Positions 38,001 to 49,330 of a DNA stretch of 64,000 nucleotides are shown one piece after another. The stretch is taken from positions 3,509,010 through 3,573,009 of the forward strand of contig MU058384.1 of NCBI GenBank assembly GCA_013265495.1. Reading direction: 5' to 3'. Each line of letters begins with the position of its first letter. Position 1 is the first letter of the stretch. Below the pieces are notes generated by a model. The model searched no databases, was not told where the DNA came from, and worked only from the letters and a program-made list of their open reading frames with translations. This stretch comes from Vicugna vicugna. Taxonomy: Eukaryota. A program made the position numbers and the translations under genes.

Positions 38001-39684
38001 TATTTCCACTGCCCTAATAAATTTTTGGTTTTTATCTGATGCTTCATATGAAAATAGTTTTCTTTGCCATCAAGTGTGATGATCTTTAAATTTAATTTCT
38101 ATGTCTAAGCTTGTGGATATTTATTTCACAACATTGTAGCAGTTTTCAACATCAGAGATTTTCAATTATGAAGAATTCTAATAACTCGCTGATAGGCTTT
38201 ATTGCAATGCCCATGTGTTTTTTGGGTTTTTTTTGGGGGGGGTAATAATTTGCTGGTAAAATTTTACCAGCTGAGCTCCCAGAATTTCCTGGCCAAAGAT
38301 GTAAGCTTTGTGCCAATGCCCCAGAGATGGACTCCATGGCCAGATCAGCAAACTGGGCTCCCACCTTGGATCCTAGCATTATCCTCACCTGGGACCCCTG
38401 CTCTCTCCAGGGTTATGGCTGTTACTGCCACTGACTGCTGCTTCTGCAGCTGCCATCACCATCATCCCCACTAACCTGGACACAGGTCCCAGCCTTGGCG
38501 TGTGCAGCCAGGCTAGCTGCTGAGCATCAACATTGCCCACTGCTCACCATGCCACAGGACTAAGCCACTGTGTGTGTGTGTGTGTGTGTGTTGCCACTTC
38601 ACATATCTCCTCTTTGCACACCCATTATACAATCAGCCTTAACTTACAAAATGCAAGCTTCTCATTGGCCAGTTCCAGCACCATTCCTCCAGAATCCACG
38701 CTGTGCTTTCATCTTGTGCTTGAATGCTCCTACAAGGGCCCATTGTATTTTTTGCAAAAAATTCCCTATTGGGTAGATACTACTGGATGTGCAGTCATTG
38801 TCTTTTCTCTCTTCTTTACTAAAAGAAAAGTTATTCTTTTCAGGGGAGTTATGTGCCACCTTCCCAGAATTCCTCACATCTAACGGTAATTATGCAACTC
38901 ATTCAGAAGCAATAAAAAATAATTAGAAGTCTGCTAGAGATTTCTGGGAAATGCTGGCTTTCAGGATACACCTAGGGCCTTCTTTCTGTTCTTCTTACCA
39001 GGAATGCAGACATGAGACCGGAGGTAGAAGAGGTGTCTTGCAATCATGAAGCAACAAGCAAGAAGGCAGAGTTGGAACGCTGTTCCCTGATAATATCGGG
39101 AAGCAGCTACACCGATCCCAGGCGGCCAATCTCTGAATTTCTTACATCTCAGAAACATAAACTCTTTCAGTTAGGTGCTGAGTCCACTTTCTGTTACACG
39201 CAGCCAAATGAAATCTTGCCTGAGATACCCCTTTGCTTATGTGAGCTTGGGTGGGTGTTTGTTTCTTGCAAATTGCTGTTTTTGCACCATCCATACCCTA
39301 TAGGATCCTTTTCCTGCACAAGGGCCGTCTCTCAGAGTGCTTTCACTCCTCCCAGCCGGTACGTACAGCGCTTTGTGAGAGGGCTGCTCTCACGGGCTGC
39401 GGAGGCCGTTGGTCTTCAGAGCTGTAATTGCGCAGGAATTTACATCCCCTGGGAGCCACCCAGAACGCTCTGGATGGTCTCTCTTGCTGCAGGATTGAGT
39501 GAGAGTTATGCTCTGTGAGTTGTTGATATAACACTCTTGCACAACCCCAATCCCTTATCAGTTTCTCCTGGGAACATTTCCTAACAAACTACTTTTACGT
39601 GAATCCTTACCTTAGGGTCCACTTCTGGGAAACTCAACCTAAGATGCAATCCAAAAATCCCTGACTAGAACAGGTTTTAACAGG

Positions 39685-40045
39685 TGCTATGGACTAAATC
39701 TTTGTATCCCTTCAAAATTCTTTTGTTAAAATTCTTATCCCCAATTTAATGGTTTTTGGAGATGGGGCCTTTGAGAGGTAATTAGGTCCGAAGGGTGGAA
39801 CCCCCATGATGGGATTAGTGTCCTTATTCAAAGAGGAAGGAACACAAGATCTCTCTCTTTTCATGCACGTGCCAAGGTAAGGCCATGTGTGGACACAACC
39901 AGGAGAGGGACCCTCAGTGAGAGCCTGGGTGTGCCAGCACCCTGATCTCAGACTTGCAGCCTCCAGAAACATGAGAAGTAAAGTCTGTTATTGACATCAT
40001 CTCGTCTGTGATAATCTGTTATAGCAGCTCCAACTGACTAAGATA
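39685..40045 (+). mobile_element. MLT1A-like MaLR solo LTR, copy 2
   Basis: Duplicate of 32252-32612. Confidence 0.8.
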
Positions 40046-43000
40046 CTAGGCATTTTAAAGTAATTTAAAAGCCAATCCGTTTTGATGTCTGTTGTACATT
40101 TAATTCTTTAATGGGAATAAAGCTACCCTTCTTTGCATCCTGCATAAATTTCATCCCTTTTCACATATTCCAGCTGATAGCAGCCCAGGAATTTTTTGAT
40201 AGTTCAAATATAATGTGATACTCCAAATAAACACATATTTATTAGTTCGAATATAATACAAATTTCATCACTCTAAGGGAAGGCCACTATCGTGATACCA
40301 AAAATATGAATACAAAATAGATGTCAGCCGAAGTGTTGCTTGCTGGCTCTTTCACACCTCAGAGTATAGTAGTGAGAGGAGCCCCTAGTATGGCGCTGGC
40401 TCCAAGGGAGACTGCAGTTTGTCACCCTCAACCTTCTCATCACCTCTTAACACTTTATCTTAATTCTAATGTCCTAATTATCTGGCTGCTCTTTGTCAGC
40501 CATTGAAGACGTGCATTTCAGACGTTTGTTTTGTGTGTAAAAGAAAACTGAACTGCGTTATTCACAGCGTGATTCTCTTTTATCTTGATGCTGTAGCCGT
40601 CCCCTTGATGTCAGCAAGGCTGGGAACGATTTTCAAAGGCCTTCATCGACACTTATACTGGGAAAATGGGACCGTGCTGGCTTGTAAGCTCAAGATGAAA
40701 AGCTGAAACCCTTTCCAATAATAGCTCAATTCTGAGGGCTGAGATCAGGGCAGATGGCTCAGGGTCCCTTGATATGATTTGATTACCTGTCACTGCCAGA
40801 TGCCCAATCAGAGGTACGTGGCGAGAAGCATGGACAGAGAGCTAAATTTACACGGTTAGGAAGCAGACGTACCCTTTCAATTCAGTGACTGAAAAGCAAA
40901 ATGCTTTGCCAAGTTTTAAGGAAACACAACAGGGAGAAGGCAGAGGATCGAAGGGGAGAAAAAAAGTACTTAAATAGAAAGGGAGAAAAAAAATCATCTC
41001 ACACTATTACAGATGCCATTTGTTTCCTGCCTTTCCACTGCTGAGCAGGTGAGCCTGCCTTCCCAAATCCAAGCTTCAGGTGACTGCAGTAGAATTGGAC
41101 ACCTGGCCAGAAGTCTCCTTCAGTAGACTGACCAGCGAGCAGACTGGCATGACTGAGTGGGGCCAATCAGATTTCCCTCCTGGGGACTTGGGACTTTGAG
41201 TCATTCAGTGGTGGCACCTGAGCTGCAGGTGTTTGGGGCCATGGACAAGACGAATGAGCAGATATGCAAGGACCAAAAATCTCTTCCTGTCTTAAATCTG
41301 TCTAAACACATTCTCTCCTGGCTCCAGGCTTTCACTGATTCTTTGAAATTATTCTAGAGTTCTACCATGTTGAGTTTAGATACTGTCCCAATAAAGAGAA
41401 CCATTAATTTCATAAACTCATAGAACTATAGGGCTGGAAGGAAACTTCCAGATCATGGAATGCGGAGTTCAACCCTTTTATTTTTTAGAAGGAAACCAGT
41501 GATGCCCTGGCCTTCTGGTAGTGCCAACAGAAGGCTTTTTGGTTGCATCAATCAGAAACCTCCAACTATCTTAAATAAAAGAGAGGAAGGTATGTGATTG
41601 AAAAATCCCGGGAGGTCCTGAGCATCCAAGGGCAAGCAGTACATTTGAGACTCACTTAAAGTTTGAGAAACTCAAGAGCCCTCAAGAACCCACTCTGTGT
41701 GTTACACCTCTCAGGAATCACAGGGTTTTGAACTGGTTGGAAGACAAAACTCAAACCTGAAGTCAAGAACTGTTTTGTCCCTGGATTAACTCACATAGCC
41801 AATAAAAAGTGGCTTTAAAATAGAAGGTAGTTAATAAATTAATAAAACAGTTTCTGAGAAACAATTCTCAATGTATTTATTTTACTTATCCAATTCTCTC
41901 TCCTGCTTCTCTGTTAACACCTGGTTCAACACTCAGTGTCCTCCATACCCCCTTAGATGTAGGTGTATGTCGTAGCAAAAACGAAACTTCTAGGTCCAAA
42001 TCCCAGCTTCACCACTTGCTAGCTGTGTGATTTCAGACAGATTGCTCAATCTCTTTGTCACTCATTTTCTTCATCTGAATAATAAGGAATAAAACATTTA
42101 TTTTATAGGGTTGCCAAGGTTAGTTAGTAAGATAAAGGAAGGAAATCACTTGGAGAGACATCACTACACAAGGCTTGCATCATAATGATGTTTATTTTTC
42201 AAGTAAAATAATGTTTTGTTTTTAACATTATACCCTGCAAGTTCCATAACATCACTGTTATAAATGGAATGAGATAGAGAAACTTTTACTCACTGGGCTT
42301 CCTCTGAGGAAATGCTCTATATTTATTGGGAAGAAACATTCTGATAAATCAATTGGGACTGAAGGTAAGACCTCAAGATCATGCTTCAGGTGAGAAAAAT
42401 GCTAAATTGAGGTTCAAGAGGCAAGTTGAGGAATTTGTTTTGCTTTGAGAAAGGAGAGAAGAGATGAAAAGCAAATTGGGAAGGAGAGAGAGAGAATGAA
42501 AGGAGAGAGAGGGAGACTCCAGAATCCCATGCTCGGGTTAACTAACCAGGCAAACACCGGGAGAAGGCACCCAGACAGGTGGTCTAGTTTAGGAGAGATC
42601 ATACCCTCTAGGGATCTGAGAAAGGATTTTTATATAGTTTCGTGCAGTTCACTCCTTTTCCAGAAGGACAAATGCAGAGTAGGATACACAATTCCTTCTA
42701 GTCTAGAAGCTAGCCAAACGACGAGGTCATGTCTTCAGAAATACTGATAAGGCATTAAAGTACCCACTTCCAAGCAGAGATGGCCAGTATATTTGGACTC
42801 AGCCCTTTCCTGACTTTTGCCGTTTTCAGCCTGCCAGAGATCTATCACTTCAGGGAATTTAAGACAATTTAACATGTCCACACACCCCCTTAGTCTGGGG
42901 TACACTTGGCTTGCTCCTGTGCCCTCCCGTGTTAGTTTCTCCACCTCAGATATTTACTGGAGCTCAGAACACAGGCTTAGCTTTTGGCAGTTCCACTTTG

Positions 43001-44732
43001 CTCGCCATCAGGTAGGACCAGTTGGAAAACATGAGCCTCTATTTATCAGTTTACATGTAACAATTTATATGTGGTCAACTAGACTAATGATGCCATTTTT
43101 ACTACATTAATTATATTCCAACAAGGCAAAAACTCTGAAACTCATGAGACAAATCTTAAATAGACCATTTGCAAGTCAGATGAAGATCTGCCCCAACTCA
43201 GTCACAAACCCGAGACAGCGGATTAAAGACCCTGAAGCCCTGAGTGTATTTTACTTTACAGGTCAAAAGGGATGGAAGTCAACGTACTCCAGACTTGCTA
43301 CCCTGTAACAGACAGGCCTGCTTCCCTGGGTGCCTTTGGTCCCTTCCCCAGTGCCAAGTACTGTGAAGTGGGGCAACTTTGTTCAGAGTCATTTCCCTTT
43401 TTTGAGGGGTAAAGAGAAATTAGAACAATGGTCATGAAGATTACTGGAAATTTTTTTCGCCTGGAAAAGAAGAAAATAATCCTCTCCCCACCCTCTGTAC
43501 AACCTACACACGCATAGCTTCCAACAGCCAAAAATTCCTTAGGCCTTCATCTACGATGCAATCAGAGATCCACACCAGTGATTAGGTGACTAATTGCTTT
43601 GTTTTTAGACTCCAGCTAGACGCACTGAAGAGGAAAGAACTGGAATTTGATTGAAAAGAGGCAGAGAAGAGCACCTCGGCGCAGAGAAAAGGCGCCCCAC
43701 ATTGGGGGGATGTCATCTCAAGGCCTAGTTCACAGTTCTGCCTGTGTCCCCGTCTGCATATTCCTGACCCTCGTTTCCATGATCTGAGACTCTCAAAGGG
43801 AACTTCTCTCGGGGAGCCAAGCCACTTCAATGGCTCACTTAAGGCATCAAAAATGCTAGGATGTACTATCTGTTCTGCAAAGGAAACCCAGAGCATTTAG
43901 ATACGCAATAAAACCCCCAAAATTGATATTACACACATATATCTCCAACATACAAGCAGCCTCTTGAGCCAACTTTGTGCATTTTTGGACTTATGTTACA
44001 TCAGTTTGGAAAACTAATTTAGCATATGAGGAGTATAATTCTACATTAAGAAAATTCAATTTAGCAATCTACATTTGCACAAAAATGAATGGAAATGAGT
44101 AGCCTTTTTAAAAAATATTTTTCTTATCCATAAAAATAATACATTTATATTGGATAGATATAATAAAAATATAAGGAAGAAAATAAAAATCAACAGTAAT
44201 TTCAACACTAAGGGAAAACTCTTGTTGATATTTTGAGGTCTTACCCTCAAGTCTTTTCTATTCATATATTTAGACATTTTTTTATTGTTATCCTATTGTT
44301 TATACAGAATTTACATTTAAATTTATTTTTGAATATGTAAAACGTACATCTGGCACTAAAGTCTGACTAAAATACACTGTTTATAATTTTAATCTTTTTT
44401 CTATTGATGTGTAATTATTTTTTCTTACTATGTTTGAAGAATTCTGTATATGTTTATCACATTAATTGAAAATGTTTTCTCTGGTTTGGCATTTATTAAT
44501 TTTTATTTTTTTAATTTTAAGCATTTCTGAAAAATTCAGATGTTTACAAATATCTACCACTGCTCTTAGAGTCTTTGACCTCCTCAGCTATAGTAATTTT
44601 TCTTCTATTTTTCTATTTAATTTTTTCGTATTTTATGTTTAATCCATTTGAAATTTATTTGGGGCTAAAGTATAAGATAGCCACCCAACTTTACTTTTTT
44701 CACTAAAGAGTTAAATACACTGTCATTTATTG

Positions 44733-44949
44733 GGGGGAGGGTATAGCTCAGTGGTAGAGTGCCATGCTTAGCATGCACAAGGTCCCGGGTTCAATCCCCA
44801 GTACCTCTGTTAAAAAATAAGTAAATAAATAAACCTAATTTCCTCCCCCCCAAAATAAATATAAAAATAGAATAACTTGTACAATAATAAGTGTTCTAAA
44901 AATTTTTAAATTAATTTAAAAAAACTATCTCACCCTCCTCCCAAAGAAA
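44733..44949 (+). mobile_element. tRNA-Ala(AGC)-derived SINE (Vic-1-like) with extended 3' end
   Basis: gggtatagctcagtggtagagtgccatgcttagcatgcacaaggtcccgggttcaatccccagtacctc (A and B boxes); TSD TGTCATTTATTG (44721-44732 / 44950-44961). Confidence 0.9.
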
Positions 44950-44999
44950 TGTCATTTATTGAGCAATTGTTTCTTTCCCTGCCATTTCATGATACCATC

Positions 45000-45463
45000 C
45001 ATTACGGACTGAAATGTGTCCTCCAGAAAGTATGTTGAAGTCTTAACCCTCAGTATTTCAGAATGACCTTATTTAAATATAGGGTCATTGCAGAGGTAGT
45101 TAGTTAAGATAAGGTCACGCTGGAGTAGGGTGACCCTTAATCCAATGTGATGTCTGTCCTGATAAGAAGAAAAGAACGCCACGTGAGGACTAAGCTACAC
45201 AGGGAGAAGACGGCCGTGTGAAGGCGGCGTCAGAGATTAGAGTTAATTTGCCGCAAGTCAAGGGACACCAAGGATTGCCACCAACTGGCAGAAGTTAGGA
45301 AGAGGGAAGGAAGCACGGTCCCTTAGAATCTCCAGAAGGAGCACTGTCCTGCTGACACCTAGCGTTTGGACTTTCAGCCTCCAGAACCGTAAGACAATAA
45401 ATTGTTGTTCTAAGCTGCTCGTTTTATGGTACCTCATTACAGCAGCCCTAAGAAAACAACACA
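45000..45463 (+). mobile_element. MLT1B/C-like MaLR solo LTR
   Basis: ggactgaaatgtgtcctcc...ggagtagggtgacccttaatccaat...ggactttcagcctccagaaccgtaagacaataaatt...acagcagccctaagaaa. Confidence 0.8.
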
Positions 45464-48400
45464 CCCTCTTTATCAGATATAAAACCCTCTTAGGAATTAG
45501 TAAGTTTGTTGTTCCATTGGTTTATGTCTATTATTGTATGTGTATAAAGTTATTTTATTAAGGTTTTAAAATTTATTTTAATATTCAATACTTTTCCCTC
45601 ATTACTTATCTTTTCTGAATTTTCTTAGTAATCTCACAAATTATTCTTCACAATTAGCTTTATTTTTGGAATGAATGTATCAAGTCCTATTCCCCCAAAA
45701 CCTGGTAATTTTTTATGTACAGTGATTCATTACTTAACAACAACAAAAGTTCACAATATGATTATATTACATAACAAAATCTCCAGTTCCTTTGAAATAT
45801 GATTTTGATTTTTAAAATTGATTTGCATTGAACAATTTACAGTCATTCCAGAAAACTGAAGCAATATGTGATTTTAAAACAATTATAGATCTTAAAGAAT
45901 AAAAATCTTATAATGCATATAGTTGAAGGAAACTGTATTTATAAACAATAATTTCAATATTATTGATAATAATGTGTGTCTCTTTGACTTCTACATTATT
46001 TTAAATGTTTAAAAATTATTCCCATCATTTATTTCAAGTAAATGGTATAAAAGGTGTTCTGCCTCAAGGATGTTACCACATTCACTGCCCACCCAGTCCA
46101 ATGCCCCAGCTCCAATCATAAATGTTTTTTTCCAAAATCCTTACCCACCTTCCCCAAAGTCTTCCCCCTCCCTGTATTATGAATGCTTGGACCCCAACGA
46201 TCCTTCAAGCCTCCCCAGAAGTTGCTGGTACCTGAAAGCCTTGAAGCCACCCTAGTTAGAAGGACTCCCTTCCTGTTGCTTAACTTGTAATTTTTTATCT
46301 ATAGATCATCTTGCGCTTAGGGTGTATTATGTAATAATGTTATCTTTTATCTATGTGTAGGGTTTCAACTATGATTTATCAAGTCACAGTCGCTTGAGCA
46401 ATATATCTTGTTACAATGTGTACTAAAACCTTTTTTAAAAATCAGATTGGCTAATTCTACCTACTCCTCCTAAATTTGTGCTTCCGAAGTTCCTATTCCT
46501 TATGTAAATAAATGGGTGAGAACTGGCCTCATCTGAAACAGTCCTGCAGAGGCGAATGCTCAGCATTTAAAATGCTATGTAGGTCAGTGTTGGACACTAC
46601 AGCTATTTCTCTGCCTACTAGATACAGACATCCATAGTACAGTGATATTTCCCAACAAAACTTCAAACACAACTTTCTCAGTGTGATGGAATAAGCACTG
46701 GGCAACGGGTCGGGAAGACTGGATTCAGGTTCTGACTTTGTTCTGATCTCTTCCTTCTCTGAACCCGTTGTTTCATCTGTATCATATTACTGTGCTGGGA
46801 TCACTGGGAGGTTTTTGTTTTGTTTGTTCATTTGTTTTTGCTTGGTTTTGTTTTAATTGCAGCAGCAGTAAAGTCTTCAAAAAATTAAAGTGGGAGTAGG
46901 GGCCATAATAGATTAAAAGAAAAGGAGAGCGCAGCCCTAGTGGAAGCTGGGAGAAGGGGCTGGAAGCCTGCCTCTTGATCTCTCCCCACTTCACAGCAGC
47001 GCTGGAGAATCCTCAGTGTCTTGAACCCCAGGGTAGCTCCTGAAAACACACTGTGAAACCATTCAGCTAGGTCAGGGTTTCCTAAGCTTCAGGCATCCAC
47101 ATACTGACTTACAGTTTTTGCCAGAATCAGCATCTACTGGGTGCCACTTACTCTTTCATTCATCTGTTCAACCAAGATTCACTGATGCCCTACTCTGTGC
47201 TGCAGGTCTGCAAAAGCAAAGCGCCTCTGTTGGGCAGGAGGAGTGACTATGTTCTAGAGAGCCCAGTCTCATGGCGTTTAGGGTCCAGACTGAATTCAGA
47301 TAGATCTGGCTCTGTCTGGAACCAGACATGTCTGCACTGTGTGAATTGGGGCAAGTTATGCAACTTTTCTTTGCTCCAGTTTGGTTTATTATAAAATGGA
47401 ATCCAACTCCTAGGATGTCATGGAGGTGCAATGAGGTACTGCACACCAAGCTCTCAGTACAAGTCTAGGCACACTGCACTTTGTATCCACTGTCATTTTT
47501 CTAACCTACCTACTTTTTTAATTCAAGTAATTCTTTAGCCTCATTCTAAGCAAATAAATTTAATAAACCAGCTACATATATCCAACACACTTGACAAGAG
47601 ATACACGACAATTCCATTTGGAAATGTTCTCCTCTGCTAAGTCATTTCAGTGTCCCCACGGTATATGTGACACATTTGAGAAGCATAATCGTCCTCATTT
47701 CTTCCAGCATGATCAGGCCACACTCTGGCTGAATGCAGTGGAAGGATCTCCTTCTCTCTGTGTACTGATGTCACTCCCATCCATCTTCAGAAAACAGTCA
47801 TTAGGTGCTTAATTAATTGCTGCAGTGTCTCACACCTAGGGAGTGGCCTTCACCCATTTCTTCATCATCTAGATGACAATCAAAGGCATATAAGGTGTGA
47901 TGAAACCACGTATCCAGGTCATGTAGGTACCTGATCAAAGAATAAACCAGTATGTGGAAAGCTGATAAAACATTAATATCGTAGACTACTTAAGAAGGAT
48001 GCTTCAGGGATAAAGACAAAAGTGGGGTCCTGTGAAGCTGGCAATGGGAACTTCAAGTTCAGATCACAAGTAGCCCCACTCCCTCCCCAGGGCCTGACTG
48101 CTGCCTAGAGAAGCCTGCAATGCTCCTTTCTCCTGGCTCCACCCCTTCTCCCCAGAGTCAGGGCCTGGGGACCCTGCAAGGGCAGGGACTCAAGGGGGTC
48201 CAGGGCTGGAGACATTGTAGGTCCCTTCTTGTGGAGGAGCACATAAGAGTGGCCTTTTCTAACAGGCCAGACCTTTCCCAGGGACTGCCTTTGCAACCCC
48301 CACTTCATCCAACTACACACAAACTTTCTATCACCATGAATTACCTACCAAATATTGAAGGAGTCACCCAGCAAGCACACAGAGGTAAAGAATCGTAGAA

Positions 48401-49297
48401 GTAGACGCAGAGGTTTTCCAGGGCTATGGCCAACCCTCTGTGCAATTTGGAACACTTCCCTACGGACATCCAGTTTCCGCTTCAACACTAAACAGAGGCC
48501 ACCGCCCTTTCTCCCCCAACCTCGGGTACAGCTTACGACACCTTGGTGATCATATTCACATACAGTCAAAGGTCAGTGTTCTAGTCCCAGCTCTGCCTGT
48601 TACCAGCCAGTTGTGTGACACCAGGCAAGTGTCACACCCTGGGCCTCATTTCCCCCTTTTGTAAACTGAGGAGTGCCTTTGATGGGATTTCTAAGGTCCC
48701 TTCCATAACTAGCATTTAACCAATCTGATTCCAACCACCTCACTTCTCCACGACAGCCCTTCAAATATCCAACTGTAGCATTCACGTCATTTCTTCCTCA
48801 GCAGACATTCCCCTTGCCTGCCACACGTCCCTGTCGCGCCTGGTTTCCAGATCCCTCTCTGCTCTGGTCAGCCTCCTCTGGAAGGGGGCCAGCTCATCAG
48901 CTCGGTTCAGATAAGGGGCACAGCAGAGCCCGCCTGGGACTTCTTCCAGAGCACCTGCTCTTTCCAGAACCAAGACCGTCTGCCTCAATTAGAACATCTG
49001 GTCACCTTCCCTTGTTGCCCTAAGCCAATTGCAAAACCACTGGCTTCACAGATACGAGGAGTTAGATTTTAAATATTGGCTGTTAGGAAAAGCACCCGCT
49101 AATGCATAACCTCATTTTTTCCAAGACATTAATTTAAGAAAAGAGAAACATTCAGAAAACTCCTGGGGATAAGCACTGTGTAGCTCCTCAGCCCTTCAAA
49201 GAGCAACTTGTTTCTGACAGTACAAGCAGGGAGATAACCACTTCTGCCGTTAAAAAAAAAGCACCCACTAGGCTCGTAGAACACAGCTAAGGAGATG

Positions 49298-49330
49298 CTG
49301 CTGCCACCTTGCGGCCGTTATTATATTGCA
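49298..49330 (-). promoter_or_regulatory. Candidate CTCF site
   Basis: Minus strand TGCAATATAATAACGGCCGCAAGGTGGCAGCAG: core CCGCAAGGTGGCAG plus an upstream TGCAA module. Confidence 0.6.

Larger units (their letters stand above)
33263..40798 (+). repeat. Tandem duplication, copy 2 (7536 bp)
   Basis: Begins tttacgctttaatttgaacc at 33263 and ends gattacctgtcactgcca at 40798; carries 104-bp and 5-bp segments absent from copy 1. Confidence 0.97.

Noticed and set aside
44737..44808. Functional tRNA-Ala(AGC) gene
   Set aside because: It has a SINE leader, A-rich tail and TSD, and three diverged siblings occur in the window; it is a tRNA-derived SINE.
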